A stretch of DNA of 64,000 nucleotides from an uncultured Gammaproteobacteria bacterium (GTDB lineage Bacteria > Patescibacteriota > Patescibacteriia > Magasanikbacterales > GWA2-37-8): contig CAZEDL010000002.1 of NCBI GenBank assembly GCA_964510885.1, forward strand, positions 707-64,706, read 5' to 3'. The notes below the pieces were generated by a model. That model was given only the letters and a program-made list of their open reading frames with translations. It did not search any database and was not told the DNA's origin. This document shows, piece by piece, positions 28,893-37,595 of this stretch (within the stretch, counting starts at the first letter, position 1; each line of letters starts with the position of its first letter). Made by a program: the position numbers and the translations under genes.

Positions 28893-31313
28893 TTATTTTT
28901 CCCGCACCCGCTTCAGCGACAAACTAATGATCGTCTCTAGTAAATTCCCAAATTTCAGCTTGGTCAATTTGGCTGATTTCGCAAAATCTGACTCTTCATG
29001 CAGAATCGGATTCGGATCTACTTCGAGGACATAGGGGTTGCCATCTTTATCGACCCGGATGCCAACACGGCCATAATCTTGGCAATGGAGAATACGATAG
29101 GCATCGATGGCAATCTCGGTGACTAATTTTTCAAGTTTAGGGCTAATCCGTTTAACCGGATTTTCAATGTTAATGTGGTGATACGGCTTTGGCAGGGTGC
29201 GGCGCGCTTCTTGCGTATAGATGTGCCAATAGCCGGGCGGGAGCTTGGTGAAAACAGAGCGGTACAGCGGCAACACGCGCAAGTCTTCGTTATTGTTGCC
29301 GAGGATCGAGACTTCATATTCATCGCCCTCGATATATTCTTCAACCAAGGCAGTCTGTTTCAAATCAACTACGACGCGTCGGAGCTGTTGTTCGAGTTCA
29401 GCGGCAGTTGTCACCACCGAATCATTGGTAATGCCGAATGAATTATCACTCTGACTTGGTTTTACAATCAGTGGGAATTGCAGCGACTTATCAAGCTCTT
29501 CACCAAAGTGACAGATGTAATCCCATTTGGGAGTCGGCACTTTATGAAATGCCAAAATCTTTTTGGCCATCACTTTATCGCGGCAGAGGGTGAGGGCAAA
29601 TGAACTTGAACCAGTGAACGGCAGGCGGACTGATTCGAATAGTGCCGCTACCTGCGATTTAAGGCGGCGGTTATTGCCGATCTCTTGGGCGGCATTGAAC
29701 ACCAGGTCAATATCGCTTTCGCGGATGTCGTAGAGGGACCGGCTGAGGTTATTAATATCTAAAAAAGTTGTTTTGTACCCAAGTGCTGTCAGCTGTTCTT
29801 GCACACTTTTGGCGGTCATGCGCGAGGAGATGCCGCTGCTATTAATGGCGACATGGCTTTTGGTGCCGGCCACCCCCACATGCAACTGGCGCTGATCGCT
29901 GAGCGACAGCTGGCGGACTTTGGCAAGCTTAGCCGCCTGCAAGATAAAATTCTTTTTTACCACTGCGGCCGAGAACGGATTGTCGCGAGCGGTTTTGCCG
30001 AGCGAGGACTCGTCATCGAATTCTACGATCTTGTAATTAATATGCCGCAAGGCATCTTGCAAGTTATCCTGAGCATCGATAAGGTTGTCACCGGCCACGG
30101 TGAGCCAGCCCAAACGATCATAGCCTTCGGGCGGGCGGAGAATCGCATCGCCAATACCGTAAAAGAAAAAGATTTCTTCAAAATACGACTTGTCTTTGAG
30201 CATCGGCGACACATCAAGTTCGGCCAAGACGCCGGAGGTCGGCACTTGAAAATCCCAGCCGGCCACATAGCGGAACGGTACCTCTGGTTTGTCGATTTTT
30301 ATATATTCGCCAAGCGCAATGTGTACGGCCGCTTCCACCATATCCACGCCCCAGGCGCTTTTGATATATGAGTAGACATAATCGCCGCCCATACGCATAT
30401 TGACTTCGATCGGATAGGCACCGTCGGGGGCGATTTTGGCCTCGAAGTGAATACAGCCGTTTTCAACGCCAGCTTTTTCGAGGGTTTCTTCGGCCATAGC
30501 CACCAGATCGCGCTGCGCTTTTTCTGGCAAGCCCGAGGGCACGGCCTGCCCGGTATCGACGAAAAAGCGATCATGGGTTTTATTAAAATTATCCGCCACG
30601 GAGTGGAATTTGACCTTGCCATTTTGGAGCAGCATGTCGATATCCACCTCATCACCGTCAATAAACTCTTCGATCATCAGTTCGAAATTTTCCCACTCTT
30701 CAGCCAGGCCAAGGTGTTTGATATTATTTCTAATATAACTATAGGTTTCTTCAAGCTCGGCGCGATTGTTGACGCGCAGCACATAGGCACTGCACACGCC
30801 AAAAATTGGTTTCACGACCAATGGATACTTCAGTTTTTTCTCGAGAGCGGGAATATCGCTTTTGCTTTTAAGAAGCAGGTGGCGCGGCGCTTTGATGCCA
30901 TTTTGCGCGCAAAAATCGCGGAATAAATATTTATTCTTCACGCGTTTGGCCACTTCGTATGGAATGCCGATGAACCCAAAGGCATCAACCAGGCTCGAGG
31001 TGAGCATCACGGCTTCATCCCAAAATGTGACCACGCCACCCAGCTTAACATTCTGGTGGTCGCGCATAAAATTGGTGACGGCGGCAATACATTGCTTGGT
31101 GCTAGCGAGGTCTGCCAAAATCCAGTGGTCAACATAGGGCTCGCCCCAGGCTGCTTTGTCTTTGGCGAGACACACCACGCGCAGATTCATTTTTTTGAGG
31201 CGCTGGTAGATAAATTTTTTCCCGGGGCTCATGGAGTGAACCAGCAAGATTGTTTTTTGAGGAATAGTGGGCATAAAATTAAAAAACCCAAAAACTAAAT
31301 TATTTTTGGGCAA
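28893..31313 (-). CDS. Two-domain ATP-grasp ligase (N-terminal ATP-grasp plus C-terminal D-Ala-D-Ala-ligase-like domain), 806 aa
   Basis: The C-terminal half has Ddl-like motifs (PLIVKPS..., EEYIEGDEYEVSILG, GRVGIRVDKDGNPYVLEVDPNP); the N-terminal half has a second ATP-grasp core (PLVVKP..., MIEEFIDGDEVDIDML, IEVNMRMGG). Confidence 0.7.
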   Translation of the reverse strand: MPKNNLVFGFFNFMPTIPQKTILLVHSMSPGKKFIYQRLKKMNLRVVCLAKDKAAWGEPYVDHWILADLASTKQCIAAVTNFMRDHQNVKLGGVVTFWDEAVMLTSSLVDAFGFIGIPYEVAKRVKNKYLFRDFCAQNGIKAPRHLLLKSKSDIPALEKKLKYPLVVKPIFGVCSAYVLRVNNRAELEETYSYIRNNIKHLGLAEEWENFELMIEEFIDGDEVDIDMLLQNGKVKFHSVADNFNKTHDRFFVDTGQAVPSGLPEKAQRDLVAMAEETLEKAGVENGCIHFEAKIAPDGAYPIEVNMRMGGDYVYSYIKSAWGVDMVEAAVHIALGEYIKIDKPEVPFRYVAGWDFQVPTSGVLAELDVSPMLKDKSYFEEIFFFYGIGDAILRPPEGYDRLGWLTVAGDNLIDAQDNLQDALRHINYKIVEFDDESSLGKTARDNPFSAAVVKKNFILQAAKLAKVRQLSLSDQRQLHVGVAGTKSHVAINSSGISSRMTAKSVQEQLTALGYKTTFLDINNLSRSLYDIRESDIDLVFNAAQEIGNNRRLKSQVAALFESVRLPFTGSSSFALTLCRDKVMAKKILAFHKVPTPKWDYICHFGEELDKSLQFPLIVKPSQSDNSFGITNDSVVTTAAELEQQLRRVVVDLKQTALVEEYIEGDEYEVSILGNNNEDLRVLPLYRSVFTKLPPGYWHIYTQEARRTLPKPYHHINIENPVKRISPKLEKLVTEIAIDAYRILHCQDYGRVGIRVDKDGNPYVLEVDPNPILHEESDFAKSAKLTKLKFGNLLETIISLSLKRVREK

Positions 31314-31470
31314 TAGGTAAGCTAACCTCCTTCATATATGCTAAAAAATGTATTGAACGGTTGAAGGAGAGCATAAAAATATTCGTTTGTACTGTAGACT
31401 GCCTGAATGGTAGTGTCAAGGTAAAAAAATAATCTTAGTGAACGATAATATTCTGTGCTATTTTAGTAAT

Positions 31471-31501
31471 AAAAAATCCTGCTGTTTAGCAGGATTTTTT
31501 A
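31471..31501. terminator. Bidirectional rho-independent terminator 3' of the His-rich gene
   Basis: AAAAAATCCTGCT-GTTT-AGCAGGATTTTTT. Confidence 0.7.
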
Positions 31502-31583
31502 TTAGTATCTCCCGAAGAGTACCACTGTCTCCAACGTTGTTAGAGAAACTGGTACGGAGCTCTTCGGGAGCGCCGGTGGCCTA

Positions 31584-32156
31584 TCAGGCCTTCCTTTTTG
31601 GCGCTTGCCTCGACATGGCTTGGGCATCTTTGCCCTTGCCATAGCCGATGTAGGCGCCGATCGCCAGCGCAGCCATGAAAGGCCACGAGACGACCGGAAA
31701 TTTGAGGATGCTGCCGGAAGCAATTCCGAGCAGCAGTGAAGCGACCATCATGGCCGCGATCCCAAACGCTGCCCCGATCACAACGCCCAAACAGACACCA
31801 AGCCCGGGGGCAAGATCCACATCCGGCTTTGACAGCTGGGGTGGCGGGCGGCGAACTGGATAATTGTTATGGTCAAGTTCGACCATCTGCCCATCCGGAC
31901 CCATAACGGTCCGGACGTGGCCGTGGCCGTGCGCGCCGTGGTGATCACCACCGTGTGGATCATGGTGACCATGGTGGTCGTGGCCGTCACTGTGACCGTT
32001 GTCGGTATGGGCCGGGTGGCCGTGATGGGGGGCCTCCTGACCGTGATCGTGATGATCGTGGTCATGGTGGCCGGCAGGGCCACCATGATGATCGTCATGA
32101 CCATCGTGCTCGTGATCACCATCAAAATCATCATCGTCATCGCTGTCGTCGCTCAT
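31584..32156 (-). CDS. GC-rich His/Asp-rich low-complexity protein with two C-terminal TM helices (putative metal-binding membrane protein)
   Basis: MSDDSDDDDDFDGDHEHDGHDDHHG...HGHGH region then LGVCLGVVIGAAFGIAAMMVASLLLGIA; AAGGAGG Shine-Dalgarno; about 60% GC; start taken at the second Met. Confidence 0.55.
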   Translation of the reverse strand: MSDDSDDDDDFDGDHEHDGHDDHHGGPAGHHDHDHHDHGQEAPHHGHPAHTDNGHSDGHDHHGHHDPHGGDHHGAHGHGHVRTVMGPDGQMVELDHNNYPVRRPPPQLSKPDVDLAPGLGVCLGVVIGAAFGIAAMMVASLLLGIASGSILKFPVVSWPFMAALAIGAYIGYGKGKDAQAMSRQAPKRKA

Positions 32157-32211
32157 GTATACCTCCTTGCCAATCATCGGGTTCGCTGAGGACAGGCAAA
32201 AAGATAGTTAT

Positions 32212-32240
32212 TAAACAGAGTAGTATAGCACAAAAACAGG
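32212..32240 (-). promoter_or_regulatory. Conserved promoter module (minus strand) TTGACA-17-TGCTATACT for the His-rich gene
   Basis: CCTTGACAAAACCCTGTTTTTGTGCTATACT; near-identical to 2489-2517. Confidence 0.6.
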
Positions 32241-32295
32241 GTTTTGTCAAGGTCTTTTGGCTTTATTTTGTTTTATTTTAGCCAAATTTTATACG

Positions 32296-32425
32296 AAAAC
32301 ACCCTCGATTATAATCGAGGGTGCTAGCCAAGCCGCGAACCACAGGGTTCACGGCACACGAACGAGCCCGACGGGCAAACCATCCTTGGTGCCGCCGATT
32401 CGCAGGTTGCCACCCCCGTCGAAAC
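32296..32425 (-). ncRNA. Candidate GC-rich structured ncRNA or 3'UTR element between two intrinsic terminators downstream of ileS
   Basis: About 65% GC non-coding stretch; a 10-bp stem GCCGUGAACC-CUGU-GGUUCGCGGC with a single G-U pair; ends in hairpin CACCCTCGAT-TATA-ATCGAGGGTG followed by a U-run (minus strand). Confidence 0.4.
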
Positions 32426-32453
32426 GAAAAAACCGTCCGGGCTGGACGGTTTT
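32426..32453 (-). terminator. Rho-independent terminator 3' of ileS
   Basis: AAACCGTCC-AGCC-CGGACGGTTTTTT on the minus strand. Confidence 0.75.
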
Positions 32454-32467
32454 AATCATTAAATTAG

Positions 32468-35400
32468 CTATATTTTTTTAATGCCTATACGTAGTTCTGT
32501 ATCATCAATTTTTAATATTACTCCTTCGGCCTGGTTATCTGATTCAATTACATCTGCCAGCGTCGCTTGCTTTATTTCAGCGGCTTTAGAGCTGATTAAT
32601 TGCTGCAGCGGCTCGGCAGCAGTTGCGCAGGCAATTATAATCCGATCGTTTACCGTTAGCCCTTTATCCTTGCGTAACTGATTAATGGCCCGAATAATAT
32701 CGCGCATTACGCCTTCTTGTTTTAATTCTTCATCTATTGCGGTATTCAACCAAGCTTTGAGATCGGCAGTTTCTTTGCCAGCGTACTGATCCCCTTCCAC
32801 CGCTTCGGCAAACGACACGGTTTTGACATTGAGTTCATCGGCAATGATACCAAGCAGCTCATGATTTTGGTGGATATTGTTCGCCACAAAAGCTGCTTCT
32901 TTACTAGCGCAGAATACAAATTCGCGGAGCGGCTGGCGGACTTTTAATTTATGTTCGGCACGCAGCGACAGCCCAAGTTCCACCAAATTGCGTACCATGA
33001 TCATGGTATCGAGAATTGAGCTGTCGTGCTGATTGGTACTGACAGTTGGCCACTCGGCCAGGTGAACACTAGCGGGCTCAGCGTTCGGATCGGTTATATT
33101 TAGCAAGGCGCCATAAATTTTTTCGGCAATGAAGGGAGTAAATGGAGCCATGACTTTTGACAATAGCGGCAAGACATAGGCGAGCGTGCCGAGTGCATAC
33201 TGGCGATCTTTAGTATCATCGCCTTTCACCCGGTCGCGGCTGCGGCGCACATACCACTGCGATAATTCGGTGATAAACTCTTCAATTGGGCGAGCGGCGG
33301 CGGCCAGCTCGTAGGCATTGAGTGCAGCAGTGACCGCGGCCACAAGCGCGTGCGCCTTGGCGACTACCCAGCGGTCGAGGGGGTGGGGCGAGGTGTGGGT
33401 GGGCTGGTGCGGGGTGGCGCTAGCAAATAATTCATAGAATTCATACACGTTCCAGAGGGTGTTGACCACTTTGCCAAAACTTTCTTTCACCCCGGCTTCG
33501 GAGAAATTGAGGCTTTCGGCATGCATCACAGGCGATGACACCAAATAATAACGCATGGCGTCGGCCCCATATTTCTCGATGAGCTGATTCGGATCAGGGT
33601 AGTTCTGTAACTTCTTACTCATTTTTTTGCCGTCTTCGGCCAGCACGATGCCATTTACCACCACGTTTTTGAAGGCGGTTTTGTCGAACAGGGCAGTGGC
33701 GAGGATGTGCAAATAATAGAACCAGGCGCGGGTTTGATCTTGGCCTTCGCCAATAAATTCAGCCGGGAAACTGGCTTCAAATGCGGCTTTATTTTCGAAT
33801 GGATAATGCACCTGCGCATACGGCATGGAGCCGGAATCAAACCAGGTATCAAGCACATCTGGCACACGGCGCATAGTGCCGCCGCAGTGTTCGCAGGGGA
33901 AAGCAATCGTGTCCACGATGTGTTTGTGCAAGTCGTCGATCTTTTTTCCTGAGGCTTTTTCAAGCTCGGCTGCCGATCCAAATACCTTGGTTGAATTACA
34001 AGATTTAGAATTTCCACTAGCTTGCTCTGTGCTGTCACACACCCAAATCGGCATCACACTCGCCCAGAAACGTTGGCGGGAAATGGACCAGTCGCGGGCA
34101 CCTTCGAGCCACTTGCCGAAGCGGCCTTCTTTGATATGCTCTGGCGACCAGTTAATGTCTTTGGCCAATTCTAGGGCTTTATCTTTTACTTTTGTTACTG
34201 CGACAAACCAGGACGAGGTGGCGTAGTTGAGGAGCGGAGTATCACAGCGCCAGCAGTGCGGATAGGTATGGACGATATTCTTTTTGGCAAAAAACAGGCC
34301 TTTGTCTTGGAGGTATTTGGTGACGGCAATGTCGGCCGATAGGCGGACTTTGTCATCATCGGAGCGGGGCTTCACTTCTTGACCGGCGAAATCAATCACT
34401 TCGGGCTTAAAACGGCCATCGGGGCTGACGTGCTGCACGAGCGGGATCTGTTCGCGCTTGCCAACCTTGAAGTCGTCGTCACCAAACGCTGGAGCGATAT
34501 GGACGATGCCGGTGCCGTCTTCGGTAGTTACGAAATCAGCAGCTACGACACGGAAGGCTTTTGGCGTGTCTTTGTAATAAGGAAAGAGGGGTTCGTAGGT
34601 AAGACCAACGAGCTCAGGGCCAGAGATTTCTTTGAGTATGGAATATTCTTTATCACCAACAACTTCTGTTAATCTCTCTTTGGCAACAATGTAAGTTCCT
34701 GATTCCCCAGAAATAGTGAATAGTGCGTAGCTAATTTTTTCACCCACGGCCAGCGCTACATTTCCGGGCAATGTCCAGGGTGTTGTGGTCCACGCTACTA
34801 TGTGGACCGGGCTCTCTACCCCAAATAACTCCTTGATTCGTAATTCGTCATTCGTAATTCGAAATTTTACAAACAGCGAAATATCTTTCACCTCTTTATA
34901 CCCCTCGCTGACTTCTTGCTGCGACAGGGTGGTTTCGCAACGTGGGCAGATATGCATGGAGCGATAATCTTGATAGATAAGATCTTTGTCCCACAGCTGC
35001 TTGAACACCCACCAGACAGATTCCATATACTCTTTATCCATGGTGCGGTAGGCATGATCCATGTCGACGAAGCGGCCGAGGCGGGTAATGGTGGTTTTCC
35101 AGTCGGCCACATAGCCGAGCACTTTGCTGCGGCAGAGCTCGTTGAATTTAGCAACGCCGAGAGCTTCGATATCTTGCTTGCTTTTGGTGCCGAGCTCTTT
35201 TTCCACGATGTTTTCGATCGGGAGGCCGTGGCAATCCCAGCCCCAGCGGCGCTCTACCCGGTAGCCCTGCATGGTGAAGTAACGCGGCACCACATCTTTA
35301 ATCAGACTGGCGACAATGTGGCCATAGTGCGGCAGGCCGGTGGCAAAGGGCGGGCCGTCGTAGAATACGTAGGGTTTGTCCGCGGGGCGAGTAGAGACGG

Positions 35401-35473
35401 ATTTTTCGAAAGTGCTGTCTTTGGCCCAGAATTCTAGGATTTTTTGTTCTTCTTGGTTGGCGTTATAGAGCAT
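32468..35473 (-). CDS. ileS: Isoleucine--tRNA ligase, eukaryote-like type 2 form
   Basis: PPFATGLPHYGH (type-2 HIGH region) and KMSKKLQN; 1001 aa. Confidence 0.95.
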   Translation of the reverse strand: MLYNANQEEQKILEFWAKDSTFEKSVSTRPADKPYVFYDGPPFATGLPHYGHIVASLIKDVVPRYFTMQGYRVERRWGWDCHGLPIENIVEKELGTKSKQDIEALGVAKFNELCRSKVLGYVADWKTTITRLGRFVDMDHAYRTMDKEYMESVWWVFKQLWDKDLIYQDYRSMHICPRCETTLSQQEVSEGYKEVKDISLFVKFRITNDELRIKELFGVESPVHIVAWTTTPWTLPGNVALAVGEKISYALFTISGESGTYIVAKERLTEVVGDKEYSILKEISGPELVGLTYEPLFPYYKDTPKAFRVVAADFVTTEDGTGIVHIAPAFGDDDFKVGKREQIPLVQHVSPDGRFKPEVIDFAGQEVKPRSDDDKVRLSADIAVTKYLQDKGLFFAKKNIVHTYPHCWRCDTPLLNYATSSWFVAVTKVKDKALELAKDINWSPEHIKEGRFGKWLEGARDWSISRQRFWASVMPIWVCDSTEQASGNSKSCNSTKVFGSAAELEKASGKKIDDLHKHIVDTIAFPCEHCGGTMRRVPDVLDTWFDSGSMPYAQVHYPFENKAAFEASFPAEFIGEGQDQTRAWFYYLHILATALFDKTAFKNVVVNGIVLAEDGKKMSKKLQNYPDPNQLIEKYGADAMRYYLVSSPVMHAESLNFSEAGVKESFGKVVNTLWNVYEFYELFASATPHQPTHTSPHPLDRWVVAKAHALVAAVTAALNAYELAAAARPIEEFITELSQWYVRRSRDRVKGDDTKDRQYALGTLAYVLPLLSKVMAPFTPFIAEKIYGALLNITDPNAEPASVHLAEWPTVSTNQHDSSILDTMIMVRNLVELGLSLRAEHKLKVRQPLREFVFCASKEAAFVANNIHQNHELLGIIADELNVKTVSFAEAVEGDQYAGKETADLKAWLNTAIDEELKQEGVMRDIIRAINQLRKDKGLTVNDRIIIACATAAEPLQQLISSKAAEIKQATLADVIESDNQAEGVILKIDDTELRIGIKKI

Positions 35474-35482
35474 ACGCTGTTC

Positions 35483-35767
35483 TTAATTTAATATTTTTTT
35501 CTGTGTTAAAAAAGAATCAAGAGCGGCCAGCAATGGTCTTTTTCGATCGTCTGGTAAATTGCCCATCCGATCCATTATATAGTCTGCCCAGCGTTCTTCT
35601 TCGATAGGGGTCAATTTTCTCTCAAGTAACAGTTCGAAATTTGCTCGTCTTTCCTCTGGCATATACTCCGAAAAAGCATGGCGCATGGCGCCAACCACTT
35701 CGGGTGAAAGCAGGCTGATAGCTAATCGTCGCATTGCCCTCTGTTCATATCCGACGATTTCTGGCAT
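35483..35767 (-). CDS. Small hypothetical protein (94 aa) upstream of ileS
   Basis: ORF only; 10 nt upstream of ileS, suggesting co-transcription. Confidence 0.35.
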   Translation of the reverse strand: MPEIVGYEQRAMRRLAISLLSPEVVGAMRHAFSEYMPEERRANFELLLERKLTPIEEERWADYIMDRMGNLPDDRKRPLLAALDSFLTQKKILN

Positions 35768-36032
35768 ACCATTTTAATACCCTTGTTTTCCATAAAAAAA
35801 ATTTAAAAAACACCTAAAAAGGTGTCGAGATCCTGATTTGGTCAGGAGGTACCATCTCGGCGTTGTGCTTAATTACTGCTATGACGGGCATACCCGGAAG
35901 AATCTACTAATTCGATCAGGTCGAAGGTTCTATCTTCGGCTTTCAACGGCCGGTTGAGTCCTGGTGATAGCAGGAATTGCCTAGACAAAAAGTAACATAT
36001 TTATAAGAAGATATCAAATTTTACAAAGAGAC

Positions 36033-36055
36033 CCCCAGCCGAAGTGGCCGGGGGA
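36033..36055 (-). terminator. Rho-independent terminator 3' of the GC-rich cupin-like gene
   Basis: CCCCCGGCCACTTCGGCTGGGGG followed by TCTCTTT on the minus strand. Confidence 0.55.
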
Positions 36056-36099
36056 TTTGGCGTAGCAACTGACCTTGCTGTGGAGCATGGGTAGTTGCA

Positions 36100-36615
36100 C
36101 TAGAAGAAGTTGTGGTCGGAGATCGCCTCGATCCATTCTGCCAGGCACTGCTCGCGCCTGCGGGCGGCCGACTCGTCGTCGCCCGCCCACCCTACTTCTG
36201 GGGGGAAACCGGCCAAATTGGCACGGTTTATAGGCGTTCCGTCCGGATACGTCAGGTAGGGGCCGTCGAGCACCTCGAGGATAGTGCCCGGGCTTGATGG
36301 TGCCACCAACGAATGGTAAGGCTCTGGATCATCCGCTCGTATTAAGAGCGTTTCGCCGGCTTTTAATCGCCGGATGGAGGTGACATCGCCTTCTTGATCG
36401 AAAAATAACAGAAACAGCTCACCGTTTATCACGGTGTAGGACTGTTTCATGCCACGCCAGTAATGTGGTGACGAGTATGACCCTGGCGCGATAGCGTTGA
36501 TCAGGCTTTGTGCCGGATCGCTTGGCACCGACAAGACGATGCAAGAGCGGCGTCGCGGATGTTTACTTGCATCTGCTTCCAAGCGGAGAATCATGGAACT
36601 ATCGATTTTCAGCAT
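36100..36615 (-). CDS. GC-rich hypothetical protein, possibly cupin-fold (171 aa)
   Basis: About 58% GC; AGGAG Shine-Dalgarno before MLKIDSS...; the ORF-track N-terminal 31 residues are probably upstream read-through. Confidence 0.45.
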   Translation of the reverse strand: MLKIDSSMILRLEADASKHPRRRSCIVLSVPSDPAQSLINAIAPGSYSSPHYWRGMKQSYTVINGELFLLFFDQEGDVTSIRRLKAGETLLIRADDPEPYHSLVAPSSPGTILEVLDGPYLTYPDGTPINRANLAGFPPEVGWAGDDESAARRREQCLAEWIEAISDHNFF

Positions 36616-36631
36616 GGCAACTCCTATTCTT

Positions 36632-36668
36632 ACACCCAGGACAGCCGGGATTGAACCCGAACTGTCAA
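36632..36668 (-). other. tRNA-like acceptor/T-arm minihelix (GACAG-TTCGGG-TTCAATC-CCCGG-CTGTC) in the 5' region of the GC-rich gene
   Basis: T-loop-like TTCAATC flanked by a CGGG/CCCG stem and an outer GACAG/CTGTC stem; not a complete tRNA. Confidence 0.3.
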
Positions 36669-36765
36669 TCAACCCTTTTGGGGGCGGGCGCCTTGCCAGG
36701 AACATCAAGAATCGCTACGAGCTGAGACAATTTACGAAAAATTTACCAGTATTAATACCCTATTT

Positions 36766-37518
36766 TTGACGAATAAAACCAGAAAATTTATACTACTATT
36801 TTCAATCTGCAATAAATATATGTTACCAACTATTCCAGGGTATTTATCACTTATATTGTTAGCGGTCAGCCTGGCTCTGTGGTCGGTGTATGCTTATATT
36901 TTAAACAGCTTTACTACAAAAAAAGGGCTGTGGAAACTGGGTTTCATCACCTTGTGGCTCGTTATACATTCTCTGCTAGCTTACTATGCATTTTATCAAA
37001 ACGTTTCCGTGTTGCCGCCACGTCTTTTTGTCTATGTTATTTTGCCTGAAATAGCCGGCATTGTTTGGCTATTTATGCATACTGCCAGCAAAAAATTTTT
37101 AGACAACTTAAATCTAACAATGCTCACCGCTGTCCATGGGTTGCGGGCTGGTATCGAAGTAACGTTGGTAGGAATTGCAGCGCATGGCGCCACCCCCCGA
37201 TTACTCACTTTTGAAGGGCGTAATTTTGACCTGCTTATTGGCATCAGCGCCATCGGCATGGCGGTGGTGGCCAGCAGAAAGAAATGGCCAGGGTTCCAGA
37301 TGGCCTGGCATGCCCTAGGTATACTTTCCCTAACTAATATATTTTTCCACTCTTTGCTGGCGGCGCCTTTCCCATTTCAACGTCTTGCTTTTGAGCAGCC
37401 CAATATTTTTATCTTTTACTTCCCATTTATTTTAATTCCGGCGTTTATTTTTCCATCCATGTTTGTGGCACATGTGGCGGCGCTGTCACAATTAAAAATG
37501 GTGCGGTTAAAAAAATAG
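36766..37518 (+). CDS. Polytopic membrane protein, function unknown
   Basis: Six or more hydrophobic segments. Confidence 0.45.
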   Translation: MTNKTRKFILLFSICNKYMLPTIPGYLSLILLAVSLALWSVYAYILNSFTTKKGLWKLGFITLWLVIHSLLAYYAFYQNVSVLPPRLFVYVILPEIAGIVWLFMHTASKKFLDNLNLTMLTAVHGLRAGIEVTLVGIAAHGATPRLLTFEGRNFDLLIGISAIGMAVVASRKKWPGFQMAWHALGILSLTNIFFHSLLAAPFPFQRLAFEQPNIFIFYFPFILIPAFIFPSMFVAHVAALSQLKMVRLKK

Positions 37519-37595
37519 GGGGTCATTTAATTTGCCAAACAATCTGCTTTTGTCTATACTAACTACGTAAAAATTCCTTATTTTAGAGGCAAAAT

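Noticed and set aside
31778-32281. ORFs overlapping the His-rich gene in other frames (31778-32140-, 31869-32189+, 31955-32281+)
   Set aside because: These are frame-shifted translations of the same D/H-codon repeats. The minus frame has the SD and C-terminal TM helices.
34846-34875. ATTCGTAATTCGTCATTCGTAATTCG inside ileS looked like an in-frame insertion of the GAATTACGAA repeat module
   Set aside because: Alignment with E. coli IleRS shows no length difference here (FRITNDELRIKELF aligns with FQAVDQDALKAKF). This is native coding sequence with coincidental or ancestral nucleotide similarity.
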